Assembly: GCF_046052825.1 (NCBI RefSeq)
Contig: NZ_JAVLFP010000060.1
Location: 87,355 to 151,354 of the forward strand
Direction: 5' to 3'
Length of the DNA: 64,000 bases
Source of the DNA: Limnohabitans sp.
GTDB lineage: Bacteria; Pseudomonadota; Gammaproteobacteria; Burkholderiales; Burkholderiaceae_C
Shown one piece after another: positions 28,844 to 38,736 of this stretch (the stretch's first letter is position 1; each line of letters starts with the position of its first letter). The translations under genes were made by a program, and so were the position numbers. A model generated the notes under the pieces. That model was not told the origin of the DNA and searched no databases. It saw nothing but the letters and a program-made list of their open reading frames with translations.

Positions 28844-29890
28844 ATGAACATTCACACTTGGCTGACTCACTGCATCGACATGAAAGGCTCAGACCTGCAC
28901 TTGAGGGTTGGCGAACCCCCCGTGTTGCGCATCGATGGTGACCTGCATCGGTGTGACAGTCCCGCCTTGCGAGCTGATGACATGGCGGTGATGGTCGACC
29001 AAGTCATGCAGGCCGAGCAACGGGCGTTCTTTGCGCAACACTTGGAGTGCGATCTGTCTTATGAAGTCAAGGGCTTGTCGCGATTTCGGATCAATGCCTT
29101 TCATCATTCAGGTGGCATGTCCTTGGCATGTCGGGTTGTGCCAAATCAGGCGCCGCGTTTGTCCGAATTGCATGCGCCCGCATTGCTCGGCCCATTGGCA
29201 TGCAGTCCGCGGGGTTTGATCTTGGTCACTGGGCCTACAGGCTCAGGCAAGTCGACCACCCTGGCGGCCATGATCCAAGAACTCAACTTGGCTTTGCCAC
29301 GTCATGTGCTGACCATCGAAGACCCCGTGGAGTTTGTGCACACCCCTCAGCAGTGTTTGATCCATCAGCGCGAACTTGGCGCCCACACACAGAGTTTCGC
29401 CAATGCCCTGCGCGCAGGCTTGCGCGAAGACCCAGACGTCATCTTGGTGGGTGAGATGCGAGACCTTGACACCATTCGTCTGGCCATCACAGCGGCAGAA
29501 ACAGGGCATTTGGTGTTGGCCAGTTTGCATGCCTCTGAGGCGGTTAAATCGGTCGATCGCATGGTGGACGTTTTCCCAGCCGATGAAAAAGACATGGTGC
29601 GCACCATGCTCTCGGAGTCGTTGTCCGCAGTGGTCTATCAGGTGTTGTGCAAAAGACGTCAGGGGCCTGGCAGAGTGGCTGCCTACGAAGTCATGTTGGC
29701 CACCCCGGCGGTACGTCATTTGATTCGCGAGGGCAAAGCGGCGCAGATGTACTCAGCCATTCAAACAGGCGCCGGCGTGGGCATGCAAACCTTGGACCAA
29801 AGTCTGGCCTGGCTCGTCAAGCAAGGCGCGATCAGCGCCGACGAAGCTCGGTCCAAAGCCAAGTTCCCCGACCAGCTGCCGTTGGCTTAG
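28844..29890 (+). CDS. PilT/PilU-family type IV pilus retraction-type ATPase (orphan paralogue)
   Basis: Start set at MNIHTWL...GSDLHLRVGEPPVLRIDG. Walker A GPTGSGKST, Walker B DVILVGEMRD, His box TGHLVLASLHA, and AVRHLIRE. Confidence 0.85.
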   Translation: MNIHTWLTHCIDMKGSDLHLRVGEPPVLRIDGDLHRCDSPALRADDMAVMVDQVMQAEQRAFFAQHLECDLSYEVKGLSRFRINAFHHSGGMSLACRVVPNQAPRLSELHAPALLGPLACSPRGLILVTGPTGSGKSTTLAAMIQELNLALPRHVLTIEDPVEFVHTPQQCLIHQRELGAHTQSFANALRAGLREDPDVILVGEMRDLDTIRLAITAAETGHLVLASLHASEAVKSVDRMVDVFPADEKDMVRTMLSESLSAVVYQVLCKRRQGPGRVAAYEVMLATPAVRHLIREGKAAQMYSAIQTGAGVGMQTLDQSLAWLVKQGAISADEARSKAKFPDQLPLA

Positions 29891-29916
29891 TGTGTGCCAC
29901 GCCACACCCCATCGTC

Positions 29917-30381
29917 TCATTTGCAGGCCAGTGACATGAGCTTGAGGTTTCGGGTTTGGTCCGAGTAAATGATTTTTTTCTGAAACTGCTTGGCAAAGTC
30001 TGAGTTGTCGTTGCCGATCACCTGGTCGGTGTTCTTGTACGCGATGATCACCAACTTGCCCTCGCGGTCGGCATAAAACACCCGGCTCTTGAGTTGCACC
30101 GTTTTTTCTTTGCAATCGAACTCGTACGACGATTGTTCGGAGCCAAACTTCACAAATTGGGTCACCTTGCCTTTGATCTTGGGGTCGTAGAACGGCACCC
30201 GGTTGACGATGGCGTGGGCGGTGAAGGTTTTGATCGTGGTGTTTTTTCCTTGGGGCGTGATGGCCGAATCGTAGTAGTCGTCGGTGCTGCCGTTGCCATC
30301 GTCGAAATACACCCAAGCAGAATGACCGAATGGATGAAACAGCAAACAGGCGAGAAGGGCAAACGATTTGAGCATGGCCAA
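29917..30381 (-). CDS. small secreted protein of unknown function (possibly surface-adhesin-E-like)
   Basis: 154 aa with an N-terminal signal peptide (MLKSFALLACLLFHPFGHSA) and two Cys. The spacing FDC-x11-FY...G loosely resembles Haemophilus protein E as I recall it. The gene is visibly AT-richer than its neighbours. Confidence 0.45.
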   Translation of the reverse strand: MAMLKSFALLACLLFHPFGHSAWVYFDDGNGSTDDYYDSAITPQGKNTTIKTFTAHAIVNRVPFYDPKIKGKVTQFVKFGSEQSSYEFDCKEKTVQLKSRVFYADREGKLVIIAYKNTDQVIGNDNSDFAKQFQKKIIYSDQTRNLKLMSLACK

Positions 30382-30461
30382 ATTCTAGGGAATCCCCTAG
30401 CCGAGCCTGCAAGGCCTGATTGGTAGCATGCTTACGAATTACTCACGCGTTTGCCATTCCC

Positions 30462-32192
30462 ATGTCTGAATCTTCACAGCCCACCTCCGCACACTATTTT
30501 TGGGAGGGGCTCAACGATTTAGGCATCGAGCACATCTTCTCCAACTTTGGCACCGACCATGTGTCCTTGATCGAGGCCCTGGCCCAGTGGGACCAAGAAG
30601 GCAGACCGCATCCCCAAGTTATTTTGTGTCCCCATGAAAACGTCGCCATTCACATGGCCGCAGGTTTTGCCGCCGTCACCGGGCGTGGCCAAGCGGTGAT
30701 GGTGCATGTGGACGCGGGTACCGCCAATGCGGCCATGGGCATGCACAACATGTTTCGCGGTCGTTTGCCTGTCTTGCTGATGGCCGGCAAAGCGCCATTC
30801 ACCCTGCACGGTGAACTTGAAGGCTCACGCGACAACTATGTGCACTTTGTGCAAGACCCTTTTGACATCGGCAGTTTGGTGCGCTCGTATGTGAAGTGGG
30901 AATACAACCTGCCCACCGGCGTGATCACCAAAGAGGTCTTGCGCCGAGGGCACACCGTGATGCAAAGCGACCCGCCGGGCCCAGTGTTCTTGACCTTGCC
31001 GCGTGAAGTACTGGCCGAAACCTGGGCCCCTGAAGCCGTGCGGTCGTACCCCGAGTCTCGCTACGGCGCGGTGCTTGCGGGTGGCGTGGAGGCTTCCTGT
31101 GCGGAGGCCCTGGCCGAACAACTGCTGCACGCCGAACACCCGATGGTGGTCACCGCCTACCTAGGACGTAAAGCAGAAGCCGTGCACGCCCTGCAAGACC
31201 TGGCCGAGTTGTGTGGCATTCAGGTGTTTGAGTTCAGCCCCAGCTACCTGTGCATCTCGCGCGAATCACCGTGCTTTGCGGGCTTTGACCCCTCGGTCGG
31301 CCTGGCCCAGGCCGACGTGGGTTGGCTGCTCGATGTCGATGTGCCGTGGTTGCCCAAATACGCCAAGCCCCAGCCCCACACCCGTTGGAGCCATGTCGAT
31401 GTGGACACGGTCAAAAAAGATTTCCCCATGTGGGGCTTTGCCACCGACCTGCGCGTGCAGGCCGACTGCGCCACCGTGCTGCGCCAAGTGGCCACCATCG
31501 TGCGCGCCAAGGCCGATGCAGCCTTTCACCAGCGCGTGGCCGACCGCATGACGCAGCTGCGTGCTGCCCAGCAAACGCGTGTGGCAGCTTTGCAGCAAGC
31601 CGCGCTCAGCCCTGGTCAAGTGGGGGCCATTTCGCCCGCCTATCTGTGTGCCGCCATCGGGGCGGCCATCGCGCCGCACGATGTGGTGGTGAACGAAGCC
31701 ATTCGCAACACCTTTGCCGTGCTCAACCAAATCCCGCGCACCGAACCTTTGAGCATGATTGCGGGCGCTGGCGGCGGTTTGGGCTACAGCGGCGGCATGG
31801 CGCTGGGCATCAAACTGGCTCGGCCTCATAGCCGTGTGGTGCAAATTGTGGGCGATGGTGGCTTTCATTTCTCGACCCCCAGCTCGGTCTATGCCACCGC
31901 CCAAAGCTACGGCTTGCCCATCTTCACCGTGGTGCTCGACAACGGCGGTTGGCAAGCCGTCAAAGAGGCGGTCTTGCGCGTCTACCCCCAAGGTGTGGCC
32001 AAGCAAACCGATGAGTTTCAGGCCCGCCTGCAAGGTCAACAACGCCATTTCGAACAAATCGGCCAAGCCTTTGGCGCCTATGGCGAATGCGTCAGCGATC
32101 CGGCCGAGGTGCCCGCTGCGATTGCGCGTTGTTTGCAAGCTTTGGACAGCGGGCAATCGACGGTCTTGAATGTGCACATCGGTCTGCAGTGA
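30462..32192 (+). CDS. thiamine-diphosphate-dependent enzyme (acetolactate synthase-like family, unknown specificity)
   Basis: About 576 aa from ATG 30462, with ThDP motif VQIVGDGGFHFS...VVLDNGGWQAV. Confidence 0.8.
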   Translation: MSESSQPTSAHYFWEGLNDLGIEHIFSNFGTDHVSLIEALAQWDQEGRPHPQVILCPHENVAIHMAAGFAAVTGRGQAVMVHVDAGTANAAMGMHNMFRGRLPVLLMAGKAPFTLHGELEGSRDNYVHFVQDPFDIGSLVRSYVKWEYNLPTGVITKEVLRRGHTVMQSDPPGPVFLTLPREVLAETWAPEAVRSYPESRYGAVLAGGVEASCAEALAEQLLHAEHPMVVTAYLGRKAEAVHALQDLAELCGIQVFEFSPSYLCISRESPCFAGFDPSVGLAQADVGWLLDVDVPWLPKYAKPQPHTRWSHVDVDTVKKDFPMWGFATDLRVQADCATVLRQVATIVRAKADAAFHQRVADRMTQLRAAQQTRVAALQQAALSPGQVGAISPAYLCAAIGAAIAPHDVVVNEAIRNTFAVLNQIPRTEPLSMIAGAGGGLGYSGGMALGIKLARPHSRVVQIVGDGGFHFSTPSSVYATAQSYGLPIFTVVLDNGGWQAVKEAVLRVYPQGVAKQTDEFQARLQGQQRHFEQIGQAFGAYGECVSDPAEVPAAIARCLQALDSGQSTVLNVHIGLQ

Positions 32193-32235
32193 CCGTGTGT
32201 CAATTGAATGCTTTGTCTTGAATAGGAAACATCTC

Positions 32236-33204
32236 ATGCGTCTTCATCACACCTTTGCGTTCACCGTGTCGCTGCTGGCAGGCCTGTGCCTGAGCAGCGC
32301 GACGGCTCAATCCACGGACTACCCCACGCGGACCATCACCATGGTGGTGGGCTACTCGGCGGGAGGCGGCACCGACGTGTTGGCGCGCATCGTGGCCGAA
32401 AAACTGGCTGCTTCTCTGGGGCAAGCGGTGGTGGTGGAAAACCGGCCCGGTGTGGGGGCCATCGTGGGCTCCACTTACGTAGCCAAAGCCAAACCCGATG
32501 GCTACACCTTGCTGATGGGGGCCAGCGGCCCCATGGTGTTCAACCACGCGTTGTACGCCAAATTGCCCTATGGCCCGCAAGACTTTGCGCCTGTCACCTT
32601 GGTCGGCATTTCGCCCATGGTGTTGCTGGTCAATGCCAACAACCCCGTCAAGTCGGTGGCAGAGTTGGTGGCTTTCTCGAAGCAAAACCCCGACAAGTCG
32701 AACTACGGGGCCAGCTCGGCTTCGTTTCAGCTCATCACCGAGTTGTTCAACAACAAAACCGGGGGCCGCTTCATGTACATCCCTTACAAAGGCGCCAACG
32801 ACTCAGTCACGGCGGTGATGACGGGGGACGTCACCATGACCCTGGCTGACGTGGGCCCCGCGAACGTGGGCTTGCAAAGTGGCCGTGTCAAACCCTTGGC
32901 CGTCACCTCGGCCGAGCGTTTGAAAGACTTTCCCAACGTGCCTACCTTGTCGGAGTTGGGCATCGACTTGAAAGCCTCGCTGTGGAACGGCTTGCTCGCG
33001 CCCGCTGGCACACCACCTGCCATCGTCAAACGCTTGCAAGAAGAAGTGGCGCGTGTGATTGAGCTGCCCGACGTGAAAAAACGCATCAGCGGCATGTCGG
33101 TGATTCCGTACACCAACACCCCCGAAGACTTTTCCAAATTCATCGCTTCTGAAATTGTGTTGTGGACGCAGGTGGCGAAAGACAACCACATCAAAGCGAA
33201 CTGA
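32236..33204 (+). CDS. Bug/TctC-family (tripartite tricarboxylate transporter) periplasmic binding protein
   Basis: Signal peptide, then YPTRTITMVVGYSAGGGTDVLARIV and the rest of the family layout. ATG 32236 follows AGGAAA. Confidence 0.85.
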   Translation: MRLHHTFAFTVSLLAGLCLSSATAQSTDYPTRTITMVVGYSAGGGTDVLARIVAEKLAASLGQAVVVENRPGVGAIVGSTYVAKAKPDGYTLLMGASGPMVFNHALYAKLPYGPQDFAPVTLVGISPMVLLVNANNPVKSVAELVAFSKQNPDKSNYGASSASFQLITELFNNKTGGRFMYIPYKGANDSVTAVMTGDVTMTLADVGPANVGLQSGRVKPLAVTSAERLKDFPNVPTLSELGIDLKASLWNGLLAPAGTPPAIVKRLQEEVARVIELPDVKKRISGMSVIPYTNTPEDFSKFIASEIVLWTQVAKDNHIKAN

Positions 33205-33212
33205 GGCCCACC

Positions 33213-34190
33213 ATGACCACCACTTTGTCTCGTCTGCTGTGTTTGGTTTTGGCGCTGCTGGGCTGGGTCAGCACTTCGGTGCAAGCGCAAAACTACCCGA
33301 ACAAACCCATTCGCTTGATCGTGCCGTTTCCACCCGGGGGCGGCAACGACGTGATTGCCCGCTTGATCGCTCAAAAACTCAGCGACCGCTTTGGGCAACA
33401 GGTGGTGGTGGACAACAAAGCCGGTGCCAACGGCATTGTGGGTCTGCAAGCGCTGATGCAGTCGCCCGCCGACGGCTACACCTTGGCTGTGGCCGCTGCC
33501 GGGCCCATGGCCGTCAACCCGAGCTTGTACGACAAGCTGCCTTACGACCCCACCAAAGACTTCTCGCCCATCACCAACCTGGTGAACTACCCGTTGCTGT
33601 TGGTGGTGCACCCATCGGTGCCCGTCAAAACCACGCTCGACTTGGTCAACCTGGCCAAGGCCAAACCGCAGCAGTTGTTCTTTGCTTCACCTGGCAGCGG
33701 CAACTCGGGCCATTTGGCGGGCGAGTTGTTCAACACCATGGCCCATGTGCAAACCGTGCACGTGCCCTACAAAGGACAGGGGCCTGCCTTGGCCGACTTG
33801 CTGACCGGTCAGGTGCAGATGCTCTACAGCAGCATTCCCTCGGTGTTGCCCCAGGTCCGCTCAGGCCAGCTCACTGCGCTGGCGGTGGGCAGTGCCAAGC
33901 GCTTGCCATCACTGCCAGACATTCCGACCATCGCCGAAACCGGCGTGCCGGGTTATGAAGCGTATTCCTGGGTGGGTATCGTGGCCCCGGCCAAAACGCC
34001 CAAGGCCATCGTGACACGCTTGAACCAAGAGATCGTGGACATCTTGAAACAAAAAGACGTGGCCGAAAAACTCAACCAGCAAGGTGCCTTGCCAGTGGGC
34101 GACACGCCTGAGCAATTTGCGGCTTACATCAAGACCGAAATAGACAAATGGGGTGCGGTGGTGCGCGCTGCCAACATCAAAGCCGATTGA
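33213..34190 (+). CDS. Bug/TctC-family periplasmic binding protein
   Basis: Signal peptide, then YPNKPIRLIVPFPPGGGNDVIARLI. Start set at ATG 33213. Confidence 0.85.
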   Translation: MTTTLSRLLCLVLALLGWVSTSVQAQNYPNKPIRLIVPFPPGGGNDVIARLIAQKLSDRFGQQVVVDNKAGANGIVGLQALMQSPADGYTLAVAAAGPMAVNPSLYDKLPYDPTKDFSPITNLVNYPLLLVVHPSVPVKTTLDLVNLAKAKPQQLFFASPGSGNSGHLAGELFNTMAHVQTVHVPYKGQGPALADLLTGQVQMLYSSIPSVLPQVRSGQLTALAVGSAKRLPSLPDIPTIAETGVPGYEAYSWVGIVAPAKTPKAIVTRLNQEIVDILKQKDVAEKLNQQGALPVGDTPEQFAAYIKTEIDKWGAVVRAANIKAD

Positions 34191-34212
34191 ACCTTCTGCA
34201 CAAAGTACCCCC

Positions 34213-34803
34213 ATGAGCACAGCCAAACCCACGCCACGCCCCAAGAAGAAGACCCCCACCGCCGCCTACAAAGCGGGTTTGGCCATGCGGGCCCAAGTGT
34301 TGGGACCCGACTATGTGCAAAAAGCGTTTGACAACGCCAACGACTTGAACATGCCGTTTCAAGAAGTGGCCACCGAATTTGCCTGGGGCAGCGTGTGGAC
34401 GCGCCCAGGCTTGTCGCTGCGTGACCGCAGCTTGGCCACGCTCTCGATGTGCATTGCCTTGAACCGCCCGGCCGAGTTGCGCATTCACTTGCGTGGCGCC
34501 ATCCGCAACGGCATCACCCGCACCGAGCTGCGCGAGTTGTTGCTGCATTCGTTTTTGTACTGCGGTGGGCCTGCGGCCCTGGATGCCTACAAGGCGGTGC
34601 GTGAAGAGTTGCCGCTGATCGAAGCGGCTGAGGAGGCTTTGAAACAAGCGGCCAAGGCCACTGCGCCCAAAGCTAAGACCAAAGCCAAAGTCAAAACGCC
34701 TTCGGCTCAACGCCCGCCAAGCCCTCGGGTGGCCAAACCAGCACCCAAGGTTGCTGCCAAAGCGCCAGCACCGAAGGCTGCTGCTAAAGCATCCGCACCC
34801 TGA
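34213..34803 (+). CDS. carboxymuconolactone decarboxylase (CMD/AhpD-like) family protein with Lys/Ala/Pro-rich C-terminal tail
   Basis: CMD-type core FAWGSVWTRPGLSLRDRSLATLSMCIALNRPAELRIHLRGAIRNGITRTELRELLLHSFLYCG. The last ~55 aa are KAKTKAKVKTP...AKPAPKVAAKAPAPKAAAKASAP. Confidence 0.75.
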   Translation: MSTAKPTPRPKKKTPTAAYKAGLAMRAQVLGPDYVQKAFDNANDLNMPFQEVATEFAWGSVWTRPGLSLRDRSLATLSMCIALNRPAELRIHLRGAIRNGITRTELRELLLHSFLYCGGPAALDAYKAVREELPLIEAAEEALKQAAKATAPKAKTKAKVKTPSAQRPPSPRVAKPAPKVAAKAPAPKAAAKASAP

Positions 34804-34825
34804 GCAGAGCGCTCAAGCCCTGAAG

Positions 34826-35767
34826 TCACTTGGCAGATTTCGGGCTCTCCAACCCCGCCATGCGCCCCAACACCTCGGCGGTCGATGCCGTGTCATGCAA
34901 GGCCAAGCCTTGCGCCATGGCCGCGGTGTAAACCGAGGCGCAGGCATTGAACACCGGGGTGGGGCAGTGCAGTGACTTGGCCATGTCGCCAATCACCTGC
35001 ATGTCTTTTTGCCACACCTCCACCTTCATGGTGGGCGGGGTGTACTGCTGCTTGACCATCATGTCCATGCGCAAGCGCATCACGCCCGTGCCCAGCACGG
35101 GGCTGGGGCCAAACAAGTCCAGCATTTGTTGCGGGTCCAAACCCATCTTGCGTGCCAGCGTCACCGACTCGGCGTAGGCCACGTTGTAAATCGCCACCAA
35201 GTGGTTGGCGGCGTATTTCATCTTGGTGCCGTTGCCATAAGCACCCACGTGCGGCACGCTGTCGGTGAAGGCATTCAAGATCGGCAAGGCTTGTTGGAAT
35301 GCTGCCTTGGGGCCGCTGGCATAGATGGTCCAGGCGCGGTCTTTCATGCGCACCGCGGTGCCGCTGATGGGGCAGTCCAGCGCACTCACGCCCGCGGATT
35401 TGAGCGTTTTTGCGCAATGCATCTTGTCGGCCAAGGGCAGGGTGCTGGTTTCAATCACCAAGGGCGTGTGCTTGCTCTTGGTTGCGGCGTCCGCCAGCGC
35501 CTGCGTGACTTGCCGCAGCGCGTTGGAAGTGGCCAGCGACACGATCACGATGTCGGATTGGTCGCTCACCGCTTGCACACTGGCCAAGGGCTGACCCCCG
35601 TGGCTTTTGAGGCGTGCTTTGGCGGCAGGCGCAATGTCAAAACCGCAGACCTTGAAACCTTGGCGCAACAACTCTTCGGCCATGATGCCGCCCATGATGC
35701 CCAGACCGATGATGCCGATGCGGGAGCGATTGCTAGCGGGGGCTGGGCGTTTTTTGGGGGATGTCAA
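34826..35767 (-). CDS. NAD(P)-dependent oxidoreductase (3-hydroxyisobutyrate / 6-phosphogluconate dehydrogenase-like)
   Basis: 313 aa with Rossmann motif IGIIGLGIMGG and a beta-hydroxyacid dehydrogenase layout. Confidence 0.8.
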   Translation of the reverse strand: MTSPKKRPAPASNRSRIGIIGLGIMGGIMAEELLRQGFKVCGFDIAPAAKARLKSHGGQPLASVQAVSDQSDIVIVSLATSNALRQVTQALADAATKSKHTPLVIETSTLPLADKMHCAKTLKSAGVSALDCPISGTAVRMKDRAWTIYASGPKAAFQQALPILNAFTDSVPHVGAYGNGTKMKYAANHLVAIYNVAYAESVTLARKMGLDPQQMLDLFGPSPVLGTGVMRLRMDMMVKQQYTPPTMKVEVWQKDMQVIGDMAKSLHCPTPVFNACASVYTAAMAQGLALHDTASTAEVLGRMAGLESPKSAK

Positions 35768-35918
35768 AGCAGTGCTCCACAGGTTGTGAGGGGGTTGATG
35801 GGGGGATCAACAAATTATCAACACCTGCACAGGCACTTCGAGCTGTTTGACACACCTGTGTGACACCGGGGCATTCTTCGGGCGATACACTCGTCGCAGT
35901 TAACCAACCCACGGGAGC

Positions 35919-38237
35919 TTGAACTTGGTCTCAACAACGACACGGTTTGGCAGCGGACAAGCTGTTCAACGACTGGAAGACGAGCAGTTGCTCAAAGGTG
36001 CGGGCATTTACGCCAACGACGTGACGCCGCAAGGCCAAACGCGTTTGTGCTTTGTGCGCTCCTCTTATCCCCACGCACGCATTGTGTCGATCGACACCTC
36101 CGCCGCGCAGGCCATGCCCGGTGTGCGCTTGGTCGTGACAGGCCAGCAGCTGGTCGACGAGGGTCGCCCTGCCATGCCTGGTGTGGCCAACTTCACGCGC
36201 GCAGACGGCACGCCTGCCGCCACGCCGGTGCGTCATATCTTGGCGGTGGACCGCGTGCGCTACGTGGGCGAACCCGTGGTGGCCGTGGTGGCCGACACCG
36301 AACAACAAGCGCGTGACGCGGCAGAAGCGGTGCAGATCGACTTTGACGAGTTGCCTTGCGCGGTGACCCTGACCGACGCCCTCAAGCCCGGTGCGCCTTT
36401 GATTTCCTATGCGCCCGACAACCGCGTGGCCGAAACCCGTTATGGCGACCGCGAGGCTGCTGCCAAAGCCTTTGCCGCGGCAGCCCATGTGGTGCAACTC
36501 GACATCACCAACCAGCGCTTGGTTGCGTTGACCATCGAGCCCCGCAGCGTGGTGGCTTCCATCGACGCCGGCCGTCTGGTGGTGCGCATGAGCTCGCAAA
36601 TGCCCACCGCCGTGCGCGGTGCGGTGGCGGGCTTGTTGGGCCTCAAGCCTGAGCAAGTGCGCGTGGTGGTGGGGGACGTGGGCGGCGGCTTTGGCATGAA
36701 AACCGGCCCCTACGCTGAAGACCTTGTGGTGGCTTATTGTGCGCACCGCTTGCAGTTGCCCGTCAAATGGATTGCCGACCGCAGCGAAGACTTCTTGAGC
36801 AGCTCGCACGGCCGCGACATCGAGTCGCACGCGTCCTTGGCGCTCGACGCCAGCGGCAAAATTTTGGCGCTGCGCATCGAGAACAACGCCAACGTGGGCG
36901 CCTACGCCGTCATGACCGGTGTGGCCATTCAGCTCTTGATTGGCCCCTGGGTGCAAACCAGCGTGTACGACATTCCGCTGATCGACTTCCACTTCACCGG
37001 CGTGTTGACCAACACCGCCAGCACCGGCGCTTACCGGGGTGCGGGTCGCCCGGAGGCGATCTACAACATCGAACGTTTGATGGACGAGGCGGCGCGCCAA
37101 ACCGGCATCGACCGCATCGCCCTGCGTCGCCGCAACTTTGTGCAGCCTTCGCAGATGCCCTACAAAAACCCCATGGGCCAAACCTATGACGTGGGCCACT
37201 TTGAGTCCATCATGGACCAAGGCTTGGCCCTGGCGCATTGGGACAGCTTTGCGCAGCGCGCCGCTGCGTCGGCCAAGCAAGGCCTGTGGCGCGGTTTGGG
37301 CGTGGCCACCTTCTTGGAGTGGACGGGCGGCAATGCTTTGGAAGAAAACGTGCACGTGCAAGTGCTGGCCGATGGTGTGATTGAGGTCTTCACCGCCGTC
37401 AACGCCATGGGGCAGGGCATTGCCACCTCGCTGGCACAGTTGGTGGTGGACGTGTTTGGCGTGCCCCTGTCGCAAGTGCGCGTGGTCATGGGCGACACCG
37501 ACCGTGGCAACGGCTTTGGCAGCGCAGGTTCGCGTTCGCTGTTCACCGGTGGTTCTGCCGTGAGCGTGGGTGCCAAGCAAGCGCTGGACAAAGCCCAAGA
37601 GCTGGCCGCCCAAGCGCTTGAGGCCGCACCGCAAGACTTGCGTTACGAACAAGGCAGCTTCCATGTCGCGGGCACCGATCTGAAGGTCAGCCTGTCCGAG
37701 TTGGCCAGTGCCCAACCCAACCAGCGCATTGAACTCAACTCCACCACCGCCGCCAAAGGCCCGACCTGGCCCAATGGCTGCCATGTGTGCGAGGTCGAAC
37801 TCGACCCACAAACTGGCGAAGTGCAAGTGGTGGCCTATGCCTCGGTCAACGACGTGGGCCGTGTCATCAACCCGATGATCGTGCGCGGTCAGCTTGACGG
37901 TGGTGCGGTTCAAGGCATTGGCCAAGCGCTGCTCGAACATGTGGTGTACGACGACGAGACCGGCCAGCTGCTGACGGGCAGCTTGATGGACTACGCCGTG
38001 CCCCACGCCGACATCATGCCCAACCTGTTTGTCACCGAGATGGACCAAAGCATCCCGTGCAAGAACAACGTCTTGGGCGTCAAAGGTGTGGGCGAGTTGG
38101 GCACCATCGGTGCCACACCCGCCGTGGTCAACGCCGTGGCCGACGCCTTGGCCCGCCATGGCCGTGCCGACCTGGCTCCTCAGCTGCAAATGCCGCTGAC
38201 CCCTTATCGCCTGTGGCGCTTGATGCACGCGGCTTGA
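35919..38237 (+). CDS. molybdopterin-binding large subunit of a xanthine dehydrogenase-family hydroxylase (CoxL-like, form II type)
   Basis: 772 aa with active-site loop GAYRGAGRPE (the form-II motif AYRGAGR, not the form-I AYxCSFR). TTG start at 35919 or 35925. Confidence 0.85.
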   Translation: MNLVSTTTRFGSGQAVQRLEDEQLLKGAGIYANDVTPQGQTRLCFVRSSYPHARIVSIDTSAAQAMPGVRLVVTGQQLVDEGRPAMPGVANFTRADGTPAATPVRHILAVDRVRYVGEPVVAVVADTEQQARDAAEAVQIDFDELPCAVTLTDALKPGAPLISYAPDNRVAETRYGDREAAAKAFAAAAHVVQLDITNQRLVALTIEPRSVVASIDAGRLVVRMSSQMPTAVRGAVAGLLGLKPEQVRVVVGDVGGGFGMKTGPYAEDLVVAYCAHRLQLPVKWIADRSEDFLSSSHGRDIESHASLALDASGKILALRIENNANVGAYAVMTGVAIQLLIGPWVQTSVYDIPLIDFHFTGVLTNTASTGAYRGAGRPEAIYNIERLMDEAARQTGIDRIALRRRNFVQPSQMPYKNPMGQTYDVGHFESIMDQGLALAHWDSFAQRAAASAKQGLWRGLGVATFLEWTGGNALEENVHVQVLADGVIEVFTAVNAMGQGIATSLAQLVVDVFGVPLSQVRVVMGDTDRGNGFGSAGSRSLFTGGSAVSVGAKQALDKAQELAAQALEAAPQDLRYEQGSFHVAGTDLKVSLSELASAQPNQRIELNSTTAAKGPTWPNGCHVCEVELDPQTGEVQVVAYASVNDVGRVINPMIVRGQLDGGAVQGIGQALLEHVVYDDETGQLLTGSLMDYAVPHADIMPNLFVTEMDQSIPCKNNVLGVKGVGELGTIGATPAVVNAVADALARHGRADLAPQLQMPLTPYRLWRLMHAA

Positions 38238-38255
38238 AATCAAAAGGACACATCG

Positions 38256-38723
38256 ATGCAGGTTTCTCTCAACGTCAACGGTAAAGCCGTGACCCTCGAC
38301 GCCGCACCCAACACCTTGTTGGTCCAGGCCATCCGTGAACACATGCAACTCACCGGAACGCATGTGGGCTGTGACACCGCCCAGTGCGGCGCTTGCACCG
38401 TGCTGATGAATGGCAGCTCGGTCAAGTCGTGCAACGTGCTGCTGGCGCAAGCCCAGGGCGCACACATCACCACCATCGAAGGCTTGGCCCAAGCCGACGG
38501 CACACTGCACCCCATGCAAGCCGCGTTCAAAGAATGCCACGGCTTGCAGTGCGGCTTTTGCACCCCCGGCATGGTGATGAGCGCGATCGACCTGTGCCAC
38601 AAAAAGCCAGACGCTTCGGCCCACGAGATCCGCGACATGCTTGAAGGCAATTTGTGCCGTTGCACGGGTTACCAAAACATTGTCTTGGCGGTGCAGCAAG
38701 GTGCTGCCGCCATGAAGGCTTGA
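38256..38723 (+). CDS. [2Fe-2S] small subunit (CoxS-like)
   Basis: 155 aa with cysteine clusters [11 protein letters not shown] and CGFCTPG...CRCTGY. Confidence 0.9.
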   Translation: MQVSLNVNGKAVTLDAAPNTLLVQAIREHMQLTGTHVGCDTAQCGACTVLMNGSSVKSCNVLLAQAQGAHITTIEGLAQADGTLHPMQAAFKECHGLQCGFCTPGMVMSAIDLCHKKPDASAHEIRDMLEGNLCRCTGYQNIVLAVQQGAAAMKA

Positions 38724-38736
38724 AAGGGGTCCACAC

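Noticed and set aside
35919-38237. Calling the CoxL-like protein a genuine aerobic carbon-monoxide dehydrogenase.
   Set aside because: The active-site loop reads AYRGAGR (form II/putative) rather than the AYxCSFR motif of form-I CO dehydrogenases. The gene order is also not coxMSL.
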